A DNA stretch of 64,000 nt from an uncultured Anaerolineales bacterium (GTDB lineage: Bacteria; Planctomycetota; Phycisphaerae; FEN-1346). The notes below the pieces were generated by a model that made no database searches, was not told the origin of the DNA, and worked only from the letters and a program-made list of their open reading frames with translations. The DNA is taken from positions 31,468 to 95,467 of the forward strand of contig CAZGKW010000013.1 in the NCBI GenBank assembly GCA_964526295.1, given 5' to 3'. Below are positions 1 to 9,019 of the stretch, in pieces. Numbering within the stretch: position 1 is the stretch's first letter; each line of letters starts with the position of its first letter. A program made the translations under genes and the position numbers.

Positions 1-988
1 CCTGGAGCGGCAGATCCACACGTTCCTGAACCACGCCCAGGGCCTGTGGCACATGGGCCAGCGCGACATCAACTGGATTCGCATCTCGAAGGAGGCATTC
101 GAGAAAGGCTTCCGATTGGAGCACGTCGGCAAGATCCTCCACGCCCTGCTCCACGAGGACTTCTCCAGCATCGTCGACAAGGTCCAGGTCAAGCTCTACA
201 CCGACGAGGCGAAGGTGACGGAGCTGCACGAGATGGCCCGCCAGACGTACGACGAGCGGGACGCCCGGATGGCCGGCCTGACCGACGAGGCCGTCGACAC
301 GTTCTACTCCTGTGCCCTGTGCCAGTCGTTCGCCCCGGACCACATCTGCATCATCACGCCGCAGCATCCCGGCCTGTGCGGGGCGTACAGCTGGCTGGAC
401 GGCCAGGCCGCCTACGAGATCAACCCCGCCGGGCCCAACCAGCCCGTGCCGAAGGGCAGTGCGGTCGACGAGAAGCTCGGCCAGTGGGACAAGGTCAACC
501 AGTTCGTCCTGGAGCAGAGCCACGGGGCGATCGAGCGGATGAGCGCCTACTCGATGATCACCGACCCGATGACCTCGTGCGGGTGCTTCGAGTGCATCTC
601 GGCCTTGCTGCCCTCCACGAACGGCATCATGATCGTGCCCCGCGAGTACAGCGAGATGACGCCGTGCGGGATGAAGTTCTCGACGGCGGCGGGCACGGTC
701 GGGGGCGGCCGGCAGACGCCGGGCTTCTTCGGTCACTCGCGGCAGTACATCCTGAGCCCGAAGTTCATCAGCGCCGACGGGGGCTTCGCCCGCATCGTCT
801 GGATGCCCAAGATGCTGAAGGAAGCCCTGCACGACGGCTTGGCGAAGCGGGCCGAGGAGCTCGACCTGGGGGGCGAGGCGTTCCTGGAGAGGATCGCCGA
901 CGAGACCGTCGCCACCACCGAGGAAGAGGTCGCCGAGTACATCGCCCGGAACGAGCACCCGGCGATGGCGATGGAGGCGATGTTCTAA
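1..988 (+). CDS. acsB: Acetyl-CoA synthase (CODH/ACS beta / A-cluster subunit), C-terminal part. It is 5'-truncated at the window edge.
   Basis: The reading frame is open from nt 2. It carries a CxxC..C..C [4Fe-4S] motif and the Cys-Gly-Cys (CGCFEC) Ni-Ni A-cluster motif. It lies in an acs gene cluster. Confidence 0.85.
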   Translation, partial: LERQIHTFLNHAQGLWHMGQRDINWIRISKEAFEKGFRLEHVGKILHALLHEDFSSIVDKVQVKLYTDEAKVTELHEMARQTYDERDARMAGLTDEAVDTFYSCALCQSFAPDHICIITPQHPGLCGAYSWLDGQAAYEINPAGPNQPVPKGSAVDEKLGQWDKVNQFVLEQSHGAIERMSAYSMITDPMTSCGCFECISALLPSTNGIMIVPREYSEMTPCGMKFSTAAGTVGGGRQTPGFFGHSRQYILSPKFISADGGFARIVWMPKMLKEALHDGLAKRAEELDLGGEAFLERIADETVATTEEEVAEYIARNEHPAMAMEAMF

Positions 989-1038
989 CCGCGAAGACGC
1001 GAAACCCGAACGCCCAATGACGAATGAAGTCCGAAGCT

Positions 1039-1077
1039 CGAAGGACCACGTGTGCCAGCACACGCCTTCGTCCTTCG
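1039..1077 (+). other. Nested RNA hairpin in the acsB-acsC intergenic region
   Basis: The outer stem is cgaaggac/gtccttcg. The inner stem is cgtgtg/cacacg with a ccag loop. There is no U-tract. Confidence 0.3.
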
Positions 1078-1207
1078 CCACGGCCGGGTGATTCGTCACT
1101 CGCGCCTTCGTCATTCGGATTTCCGTGACGGCGGCCCGGGACAAATGGCTGGTTTGCGAGGCTGGCCCGCGTTACAAGATTAGGCCCAGGAAAGGACACG
1201 ACCGCCC

Positions 1208-2545
1208 ATGGCCCTGACCGGACTCGACATCTTCAAGCTGCTCCCGAAGACCAACTGCAAGAAGTGCGGCATGCCGACGTGCTTGGCGTTTGCCATGGCC
1301 CTGGCCCAGAAGAAGGTGGGCCTCGACCAGTGCCCGGACGCCAGCGACGAGGCGAAGGAGGCGCTGGCGGCCGCCGCGGCCCCGCCGATGAAGTCCATCA
1401 CCTTCGGCACCGGCGAAGCGGCCTGCAAGATCGGCGGCGAGACCGTCATGTTCCGCCACGAGGAGAAGTTCCACAGCCCCACGGCCGTCGCCGTCGCCCT
1501 GCCGGACGACCTCTCGGCCGACGACCTGAAGGCCCGAGCCGAAATGATCATGGGGTTCGCTTTCGAGCGGATCGGCCTGGCCATGCCCATCGAGGCCGTC
1601 GCCGTCCGCAACCCGAGCGGGGACGCCGACAAGTTCGCCGCCGCGGCCGAGGCGGCCCGCTCCACGGGCAAGGCCCTTGTGCTCATGACGGAGAGCCCCG
1701 ACGCGATGTCGGCCGCCCTGGAGCGGGTCAAGGAGGAGAAGCCCCTCCTCTTCGGGGCCAACGCCGACAATGCCGACGCCCTGGCCAAGCTGGCCGCCGA
1801 GGCGGGATGCCCCCTGGTGGCGAGCGCCCCGGACGTCGAGGCCTTGGCTGAGCTGACCGAGAAGCTCCAGGCCGCCGGGGCCGAGGACCTCGTCCTGCAC
1901 CTCGACGCCCCCGACGGGTGGTCCGAGCTGGCCGGCCTGACGCTCGCGCGGAAGCTGGCCCTGAAGAAAAACTTCCGGCCGCTGGGCTATCCGACGATCG
2001 CGTGCGCGTGCGACGGGTCGCCCGCCGAGCAGGCCGCCCGAGCCGGGGCCCTCGTCTGCAAGTACGCCGGCGTCGTCGTCGTCGAGACGCTCGAACCGTG
2101 GGCCCTGCTGGCCGTGCTGACGGCCCGCCAGAACCTCTACACCGACCCGCAGAAGCCCGTCCAGGTCGAGCCGAAGCTCTACGCCGTCGGCGAGGCCGGG
2201 GCCGACAGCCCCGTCCTGTTCACCACGAACTTCTCCCTGACCTACTACACGGTCGAGAGCGACGTCGAGGCCAGCCGCGTCCCCTCCTGGATCCTCTGCG
2301 TCGACACCGAAGGCACGAGCGTCCTGACGGCCTACTCGGGCGACAAGCTCAACGAGCAGATCGTCGCCAAGGCCATGAAGGACACCGAAGTCGAGGGCAA
2401 GGTCAACCACAAGAAGCTCATCATCCCGGGCTACGTCGCCGTCATGAGCGGGAAGATCGAAGAGGCTACCGGCTGGGAGGTCCTCGTCGGGCCCCGCGAA
2501 TCGAGCATCATCCCGCGGTACCTCCAGGAGGTCTGGGCGTCGTAA
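1208..2545 (+). CDS. acsC: Corrinoid iron-sulfur protein large subunit (CFeSP gamma)
   Basis: The N-terminal CKKCGMPTC...C motif is the 4Fe-4S site of AcsC/CdhE. It is followed by a TIM-barrel and a B12-binding region. An RBS-like AGGAAAGGA sits upstream of the ATG. Confidence 0.85.
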   Translation: MALTGLDIFKLLPKTNCKKCGMPTCLAFAMALAQKKVGLDQCPDASDEAKEALAAAAAPPMKSITFGTGEAACKIGGETVMFRHEEKFHSPTAVAVALPDDLSADDLKARAEMIMGFAFERIGLAMPIEAVAVRNPSGDADKFAAAAEAARSTGKALVLMTESPDAMSAALERVKEEKPLLFGANADNADALAKLAAEAGCPLVASAPDVEALAELTEKLQAAGAEDLVLHLDAPDGWSELAGLTLARKLALKKNFRPLGYPTIACACDGSPAEQAARAGALVCKYAGVVVVETLEPWALLAVLTARQNLYTDPQKPVQVEPKLYAVGEAGADSPVLFTTNFSLTYYTVESDVEASRVPSWILCVDTEGTSVLTAYSGDKLNEQIVAKAMKDTEVEGKVNHKKLIIPGYVAVMSGKIEEATGWEVLVGPRESSIIPRYLQEVWAS

Positions 2546-2638
2546 GGGCAACCCGGTGCTGAAGGTCTGGGGCCGCCGCAAAGGGGCCGGCCGGGGGCCC
2601 CGGGCGTCGAGCGTTCCACGCATTCCGTAGGGCCGTCC

Positions 2639-4603
2639 ATGGCGAAGGCGCGGAAATCCGACAGGAAGAAGCCGACCTGCCAGGTCCGCTTCGAGCCGGC
2701 AGGCCTCAAGACCGAGGTCCCCCAGGGCTCGACGCTCCTGGAGGCCGCCCGTCTGGCCGGCGTCTACCTGACGAGCATCTGCGGCGGCGACGGGTACTGC
2801 GGCAAGTGCAAGGTCGTCGTCAACGAGGGCGAGGTCGAGTCGCCCCCGACGACGCTCCTGGCGCCCCAGGAGGTCCGGGAGAACGTCGTCCTGGCCTGCC
2901 AGGCCCAGGTCCGAAGCGACGCCGTCGTCACCGTGCCCAAGAGCCACCTCCTCGACACGGGCCGCATCCTCGTCGACAGCGACGCCCACCGGTTCAGCGA
3001 GCTGCCCACCGAGGACCTGGGCGAAGGGGCGTTCCCCTACGACCCGCTCGTCCAGAAGCATTACCTCGAGATGAACGTCCCGAACGAGCAGGACCAGCTC
3101 GCCGACCACGAGCGGCTCTACATGGCCATCCGCGAGCGATTCGACGCCCCGCTCATGCAGACCGGCTACCGCATCCTCCAGAGCCTGCCCGGCATCCTGG
3201 CCGAAAGCAGCTACAAGGTGACCGCGATCGTCGCCCAGCGGGGCGGCACAATGGAGGTCGTCGACGTCGAGCCCGACGACACCAGCGACTGCAACTTCGC
3301 CGTCGTCGTCGACGTCGGCACCACCACGGTCGTCGCCCACCTGGTGAACCTCTCCACCGCCTCCACCGTCGACGCCGAGGCCACGTACAACTCGCAGATG
3401 CACTTCGGCGACGACTATGTCCGCCGCATCATCTACGCCGAGCAGAACGACGCCTTCGAAGAGATGCAGCGCCGGGTCGTGCACGACGTGAACGACCTGA
3501 TCCAGACGCTGGCCCTCAGGCAGGGCATCGAGCTGAGCTGTATCACCGCGGTCTGCTGCTCGGGCAACACGGCGATGATCCACTTCCTGCTGAACCTGGA
3601 CCCGCGCCGGATTCGCCGCTCGCCCTACATTCCGACCGCCGCCTGGGTGCCGCCCATCCGCGCGTCGGAGGCCGGCATCCGCATCAACCGCCGCGGCCTG
3701 CTCTACACCCTCCCCGCCGTCGGGGCCTACGTCGGAAGCGACATTGTGGCGGGCGTCCTGGCTACGCGGCTGTACGAGGCGCCGGGGCTCTCGCTCTTCA
3801 TCGACATCGGCACCAACGGCGAGGTCGTCCTCGGGTCGAAGGAGTGGATGGTCTGCGCCAGTTCCAGCGCCGGCCCCGCCTTCGAGGGCTCGGGGGTGAA
3901 GCACGGCATGCGGGCCGCCCGCGGAGCCATCGAACGTCTCACCCTGGCCGAGGACGGCTCGTTCCGATACCAGACGGTGGGCAACGAGCCGCCGCGGGGC
4001 CTGTGCGGGTCCGGCCTCCTGGACACGCTGGCGGGCCTGCTGGAGGCCGGGGTCATCGACCGCACCGGGCGGTTCACCCGGACGGGCGACCCCCGGCTCC
4101 GCGAGGGCTCGGACGGGCCGGAGTTCGCCCTGGTCCCGCCGTCCGACGGACGCGACGCCATCGTCATCACCCAGGCCGACATCTCGAACCTTGTGCGGTC
4201 GAAGGCCGGCGTCTACGCCGCCGTCCAGGTCCTCCTAGACGCCACCGACACCCGGGCCGACCAGCTCGAGGGCATTTACGTGGCGGGCGGGTTCGGCAAC
4301 TACCTCGACGTGCGGAAGGCGATCGCGGTCGGCATGCTGCCCGACGTGCCGGTCGATCGCATCCGGTTCGTGGGCAACTCCTCGATCGCCGGGGCGAAGA
4401 TGGGCGCCATGAGCCGCCACGCCCTCGCGAAGGCCGAGGAGATCGCCGCCCGTATGACCTATTTCGACCTGATGAGCCATCCCGGCTACATGGACGCCTT
4501 CATCCAGGCCAACTTTCTCCCCCACACGGACCTGGCCCGGTTTCCCAGCGTCCAGAAACGGCTGGCCAAGGCCGGCGTCGCCCCCGAAGGGGGTGCCTCG
4601 TGA
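2639..4603 (+). CDS. Reductive activator of CoFeSP (RACo-like). It has an N-terminal plant-type [2Fe-2S] ferredoxin domain plus an ASKHA ATPase.
   Basis: The CGGDGYCGKCKV 2Fe-2S ferredoxin motif is at the N-terminus. The ~650-aa architecture is typical of RACo encoded in acs operons. Confidence 0.75.
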   Translation: MAKARKSDRKKPTCQVRFEPAGLKTEVPQGSTLLEAARLAGVYLTSICGGDGYCGKCKVVVNEGEVESPPTTLLAPQEVRENVVLACQAQVRSDAVVTVPKSHLLDTGRILVDSDAHRFSELPTEDLGEGAFPYDPLVQKHYLEMNVPNEQDQLADHERLYMAIRERFDAPLMQTGYRILQSLPGILAESSYKVTAIVAQRGGTMEVVDVEPDDTSDCNFAVVVDVGTTTVVAHLVNLSTASTVDAEATYNSQMHFGDDYVRRIIYAEQNDAFEEMQRRVVHDVNDLIQTLALRQGIELSCITAVCCSGNTAMIHFLLNLDPRRIRRSPYIPTAAWVPPIRASEAGIRINRRGLLYTLPAVGAYVGSDIVAGVLATRLYEAPGLSLFIDIGTNGEVVLGSKEWMVCASSSAGPAFEGSGVKHGMRAARGAIERLTLAEDGSFRYQTVGNEPPRGLCGSGLLDTLAGLLEAGVIDRTGRFTRTGDPRLREGSDGPEFALVPPSDGRDAIVITQADISNLVRSKAGVYAAVQVLLDATDTRADQLEGIYVAGGFGNYLDVRKAIAVGMLPDVPVDRIRFVGNSSIAGAKMGAMSRHALAKAEEIAARMTYFDLMSHPGYMDAFIQANFLPHTDLARFPSVQKRLAKAGVAPEGGAS

Positions 4604-5364
4604 GCACCACCATCGCCGTCTCCGGCAAGGGCGGCAGCGGCAAGACGACCGTCGCGGCCATGGTCGTCCGGCACCTCGTCGAGCGGGCCGGACGAAGCGT
4701 CCTGGCGGTCGACGCCGACCCGAACGCCTGCCTCGGCCTCGCCTTGGGCGTCGAGCCCGAGACGACCTGCGCCGACATCCGCGAGCAGACCCTCGACCAC
4801 AAGCTCCAGACCGGCCCCGGAATGAACCGGGAACGGGCCTTCGAGTACGCCGTCCACCGGGCCATCGCCGAGGCCAAGGGCTTCGACCTGCTGGCCATGG
4901 GCCAGCCCGAGGGCCCCAAGTGCTACTGCGCGGTCAACCACCTCCTGCGGAGCTACCTCGACTCGGCCGGCCAGGACTACGCCTTCCTCGTCCTGGATAA
5001 CGAGGCGGGTATGGAGCACCTGTCGCGGCGGACGACCAACGACGCGGACCAGTTGATCGTGGTGGCCGAGCCGACGGCCGTCGGCCTGGCGACCGCCAGG
5101 CGGATTCTCTGCCTGTCGGAGCGGCTGCCCATCCGCGTCGAGCGCCGCAGCGTCCTGTGGAACAAAGTGGCCGCCGGGTCGCCGCCTCCGCAGGCCGACG
5201 ACCTGCCCGTCGTGGGCGAGGTGCCGCTCGACGCGGGCGTGCTCGACCTCTCGATGCGCGGCGAGGCCGTCTTCGAGCTGGACGCCGACAACCCCGCCTT
5301 CCGCGCGGTCGGCGATGCACTGAACGAGCTTCTCGGACTGGCGGCCTCCGCCAAGGCCGGCTAG
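4600..5364 (+). CDS. acsF: CODH/ACS nickel-insertion accessory ATPase (CooC/AcsF, MinD/ParA family)
   Basis: It has a Walker A GKGGSGKTT at the N-terminus and a CxC (KCYC) motif. The GTG start overlaps the RACo stop (GTGA). Confidence 0.8.
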   Translation: MSTTIAVSGKGGSGKTTVAAMVVRHLVERAGRSVLAVDADPNACLGLALGVEPETTCADIREQTLDHKLQTGPGMNRERAFEYAVHRAIAEAKGFDLLAMGQPEGPKCYCAVNHLLRSYLDSAGQDYAFLVLDNEAGMEHLSRRTTNDADQLIVVAEPTAVGLATARRILCLSERLPIRVERRSVLWNKVAAGSPPPQADDLPVVGEVPLDAGVLDLSMRGEAVFELDADNPAFRAVGDALNELLGLAASAKAG

Positions 5365-5379
5365 CAAAAGGAGACCCCT

Positions 5380-6333
5380 ATGCCGTTACCCGACGTCAAG
5401 GACAGCTATTCCGGGACCGTGAACAAGATCACCCTGGGAGGCGGGGGCACCCGCACTTCGTCCGTCACCATCGGCGGGGCCAAGACCGTCCCTTACGGGG
5501 CCCAGGCCGGGGCCACCGGCAACCGGCCCGTCATCGCCGTCGACGTCCTCGACACGGCGCCCGAGGACTGGCCGCCCGTCCTGGCCGAGGTCTACCAGGA
5601 CGTCCTCCAGGACCCGGCCGCCTGGGCCAAGAAGGCCGTCGAGGAGGTCGGGGCCGACCTGGTCTGCGTCAAGTTCGACGGCATCCATCCCGACCGGGGC
5701 GACTTGGGCGCCCAGCACGCCGTCCACGTCACCCGACAGGTCCTCGAGGCCGTCGGCGTGCCGGTCATCCTGTGGGGATGCGGCAACGACGAGAAGGACA
5801 ACGAGGTCATGCCGAAGGTCTCGGAGGCGGCCAAGGGCGAGCTGGCCCTCTTGGGCACCGTCAGCCAGGACAACTATAAGAGCCTGACGGCCGTGGCGCT
5901 GGCCGACGGGCACTTCCTGATCGCCGAGGCCCCCCTCGACATCAACATCGCCAAGCAGGTCAACATCCTCGTCTCCGACATGGGCTTCCCCCTGGAGCGG
6001 CTCGTCATGTTCCAGACGACCGGGGCCCTGGGATACGGCATGGAGTACGCCTACTCGATCCAGGAGCGCGAGCGGCTCGCGGCCCTCCAGGGCGACAAGC
6101 TCATGGCCATGCCGGTCATCTGCGACGTCGGCTACGAGGCCTGGCGGGCCAAGGAGGCCAAGACGCCGACCGACGACGCCCCCGAGTGGGGCGACGCCAA
6201 GGACCGCGGCCCCGCCTGGGAGGCCGTCACCGCCGTCTCCCTGCTCCAGTCGGGCGTCGACATCATGCGGATGCGCCATCCGCAGGCCATCGCCACCGCC
6301 AGGAGCTACATCGGCAGCGTCTGGGGAGCGTAA
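5380..6333 (+). CDS. acsD: Corrinoid iron-sulfur protein small subunit (CFeSP delta)
   Basis: It is about 317 aa and of the AcsD/CdhD type. It follows acsF as in canonical acs clusters. An RBS AAGGAGA sits upstream. Confidence 0.85.
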   Translation: MPLPDVKDSYSGTVNKITLGGGGTRTSSVTIGGAKTVPYGAQAGATGNRPVIAVDVLDTAPEDWPPVLAEVYQDVLQDPAAWAKKAVEEVGADLVCVKFDGIHPDRGDLGAQHAVHVTRQVLEAVGVPVILWGCGNDEKDNEVMPKVSEAAKGELALLGTVSQDNYKSLTAVALADGHFLIAEAPLDINIAKQVNILVSDMGFPLERLVMFQTTGALGYGMEYAYSIQERERLAALQGDKLMAMPVICDVGYEAWRAKEAKTPTDDAPEWGDAKDRGPAWEAVTAVSLLQSGVDIMRMRHPQAIATARSYIGSVWGA

Positions 6334-6396
6334 AGCGCGGAACCGTTTCGCCGGCGGCCCTGCCCGCCATGCACTCAGCCTGGAAGGGGACACTGG

Positions 6397-7224
6397 ATGA
6401 TCGCAATCGGTGAACGCATCAACGGGATGTTCACGGACGTCAAGCAGGCCATCGCCGACCACGACCCCGGCCCGGTCGTCGATCTGGCCAAACGCCAGAC
6501 GGAAGCCGGCGCCGCCTACCTCGACATCAACGTCGGCACGGCCGCCGCCGACCAGGAAGCCACCATGAAGTGGCTCGTCGAGACGACCCAGGGGGCCGTC
6601 GAGACGCCCCTGTGCCTCGACAGCCAGAAGCCCGACGTCATCCGGGCCGGCCTGGAGGTCTGCGACACGGGCCGCGGCGTCCTCCTCAACAGCTCCCCCC
6701 TCAACAAGAAGAGCGACCCGGAGGTGCTCGATAAGTACGTCGGCATGGCCCAGGAGGCCGACGGCAAGCTGATCGCCCTGACGATGGACGTCGAGGGGGT
6801 CCCCCAGAACATCGACCGGCGGGTCGAGATCGCCGCCGAGCTCCTCACCAGGGCCCTGGAACTGGGCCTGACGCCCGACCGCCTCTTCATCGACCCGATC
6901 ATCCTCCCGGTCAACGTGCCCGGGGCCCAGGAGCAGCCCGGCAACATCCTGGCGGCCATCGACCAGATCAAGCTGATGTCCGACCCGCCGCCGCACATCA
7001 CGATGGGCCTGTCGAACCTCAGCCAGGGGACCGTCGAGCGGAGCCTGATCAACCGCGTCTTCGTGGCGATGGCCATCAGCCACGGCTGCGACTCGGCCAT
7101 CGTCGACGTCCTCGACGACGCCCTCGTCGACGTCGTGGCCACCAGCGAGATGCTGATGGACCAGCAGATCTACTCGGACAGCTTCCTGAGGGCCTACCGG
7201 AGCATCGCCGGGGGCCAAAGGTAG
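6397..7224 (+). CDS. acsE: Methyl-H4folate:CFeSP methyltransferase (pterin-binding, MeTr)
   Basis: It is a 275-aa pterin-binding-domain protein (IAIGERINGMF...). It is the last acs gene in the canonical order. Confidence 0.85.
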   Translation: MIAIGERINGMFTDVKQAIADHDPGPVVDLAKRQTEAGAAYLDINVGTAAADQEATMKWLVETTQGAVETPLCLDSQKPDVIRAGLEVCDTGRGVLLNSSPLNKKSDPEVLDKYVGMAQEADGKLIALTMDVEGVPQNIDRRVEIAAELLTRALELGLTPDRLFIDPIILPVNVPGAQEQPGNILAAIDQIKLMSDPPPHITMGLSNLSQGTVERSLINRVFVAMAISHGCDSAIVDVLDDALVDVVATSEMLMDQQIYSDSFLRAYRSIAGGQR

Positions 7225-7348
7225 AGCACGAAAGGAGCAGCGCGGCCCGCCTGCCTGCCCTGAGCAGGGCCGAACGGCCGGACCGGCGCGGCGCTGCCCT
7301 CGCGGGCGTTTCGCCGCCGCGCTTGCGCGGCGCGACGAGGCGAACTTC

Positions 7349-8452
7349 ATGAAGCCGTTGTACGTCAGCGCGACCAAGCAGGACACCGGCAAGACCACCG
7401 TCCTGCTCGGGCTGATGCAGGCCCTCCGAGACGCCGGCCACGACGTCGGCTACTTCAAGCCCGTCGGCCAGCGGTACGTCCAGTACGAGGGCCTGAACGT
7501 CGACGAGGACGCCGTCCTGGCCCGTCACGCCTTCGACCTGGCCGACAACCCGGGCGACATGAGCCCGATCGCCATCGAGCGGGGCTTCACGGAGCACTAC
7601 ATCTTCCACCGCGACCCGCTGCCGCTGGAGTGGCGGATGATGGAGGCCTTCGGTCGCCTCCGGGCCGCCCACGACATCCTCCTGGTCGAGGGCACCGGCC
7701 ACGCCGGCGTCGGAAGCTGCTTCGACCTGTCGAACGCCCGCGCCGCCGAGCTGTTCGGCGCCCCCGTCATCATCATCACGTCGGGCGGCATCGGCCGGGC
7801 CATCGACGAAGTCGCCCTCAGCCTCCACCTGTTCGGCAAGCACGGCGTCAACGTCATGGGCGTCATCCTGAACAAGGTCTGGCCCGAAAAGCAGGCCAAG
7901 GTCCAGCGGGCCGTCGCCGAGGGCCTCAAGCACCTCGGGACGGCCCTCCTCGGGGTCGTGCCGTACCGGTCCACGCTGGTCTACCCCCGGATCGAGCAGA
8001 TCGCCGAGGAGGCCCAAGGGCGGATCCTCTGCGGCACCGACGAGCAGCTCGAGCACATCGTCGAGCACACGGTGGTGGCGGCCATGTCGCCCCAGAACGT
8101 CTGCGCCTACATCCGGCCCCACACGCTCGTCATCACCCCGGGCGACCGGATCGACAACATCCTGATCTCGACGATCACCTGCCCGGCCGAGCAGCCCGAC
8201 GCCGGCCCGATCAGCGGCCTCGTGCTGACGGGAGGGTTCGAGCCGCCCGGCAGCATCATCGCCCTGCTCCGGTCGGCGGGCATTCCCGTCCTGCTGTGCC
8301 AGGACGACACCTACACGGTCGCGTCGCGTCTGCGGGAGCTGCGGTTCAAGATCCGCCCGGAGGACACCGAGAAGATCGAGGCCGCCAAGCTGCTCGTCCG
8401 GCACAGCATCGACGCCGACGCAATCACGGCGGCCCTTGCCGACGACGCCTGA
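7349..8452 (+). CDS. Phosphotransacetylase N-terminal-domain-like protein (BioD/CobQ-like P-loop fold plus DRTGG domain). It lacks a Pta catalytic domain.
   Basis: The N-terminal ATKQDTGKTT is a P-loop-like motif. Overall it resembles the regulatory N-terminal half of long Pta proteins. It is about 367 aa. Confidence 0.5.
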   Translation: MKPLYVSATKQDTGKTTVLLGLMQALRDAGHDVGYFKPVGQRYVQYEGLNVDEDAVLARHAFDLADNPGDMSPIAIERGFTEHYIFHRDPLPLEWRMMEAFGRLRAAHDILLVEGTGHAGVGSCFDLSNARAAELFGAPVIIITSGGIGRAIDEVALSLHLFGKHGVNVMGVILNKVWPEKQAKVQRAVAEGLKHLGTALLGVVPYRSTLVYPRIEQIAEEAQGRILCGTDEQLEHIVEHTVVAAMSPQNVCAYIRPHTLVITPGDRIDNILISTITCPAEQPDAGPISGLVLTGGFEPPGSIIALLRSAGIPVLLCQDDTYTVASRLRELRFKIRPEDTEKIEAAKLLVRHSIDADAITAALADDA

Positions 8453-8473
8453 ACCGGGAAAAATGAGCGAGGA

Positions 8474-9019
8474 ATGACGGACATGCCCGAGAAGACGGTT
8501 GCCGGCGAGGAGGCGGTCGCCTGCATCACGCCCAAAGAGGAGGAGATCGCCGCCTTCCTCGACGGCCTGGCGATCTCGCCCGAGTCGAACCTGATCGGCC
8601 TTCTCCAGAAGGTGCAGGATCGGTTCGGGTACCTGCCGCCGGGGGCGCTCGAGCAGATCAGCCGCCGCATGCGCGTGCCCTTGGTCCGCATCTGGGGCGT
8701 GGTCAGCTTCTACGCCCAGTTCTACACCGAGCCCCGGGGCCGGCACACCATCCGGTGCTGCCGCGGCACCGCCTGCCACGTCCGCGGCGCCAAGCGGGTC
8801 ATCAAGACAGTCGAGGACGTGCTCGGCATCGCCGACGGTGAGACCCGCCCGGACCTGGCGTTTTCGTTCGAGACGGTCGCGTGCCTGGGGGCGTGCGCCC
8901 TCTCGCCGGTCATGGTGGTAAACGGGACCTACTACGGGAAGCTGAACGCCCGCCGCGTCGAGGCGGTCCTGGGCCGTCTCGTGGCCGAGGAAGAGGCCAG
9001 AAAGGGGGCAAGCTCATGA
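8474..9019 (+). CDS. NuoE/HoxE/FdsG-like thioredoxin-fold [2Fe-2S] protein (24-kDa subunit family)
   Basis: It has the characteristic C..C...C..C spacing of NuoE (RCCRGTAC...CLGAC). It lies immediately upstream of a NuoF-like gene. Confidence 0.75.
   Translation: MTDMPEKTVAGEEAVACITPKEEEIAAFLDGLAISPESNLIGLLQKVQDRFGYLPPGALEQISRRMRVPLVRIWGVVSFYAQFYTEPRGRHTIRCCRGTACHVRGAKRVIKTVEDVLGIADGETRPDLAFSFETVACLGACALSPVMVVNGTYYGKLNARRVEAVLGRLVAEEEARKGASS

Noticed and set aside
1172-3904. 910-aa ORF on the minus strand, antisense to acsC/RACo. Similar very long antisense ORFs occur at 5386-7398, 8932-12090, 12030-14924, 52269-54572 and 60048-63662.
   Set aside because: Their translations are Arg/Gly/Pro/Asp-rich and low-complexity with no motifs. 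They mirror real genes on the other strand. This is the typical open-frame artefact of ~70% GC DNA.
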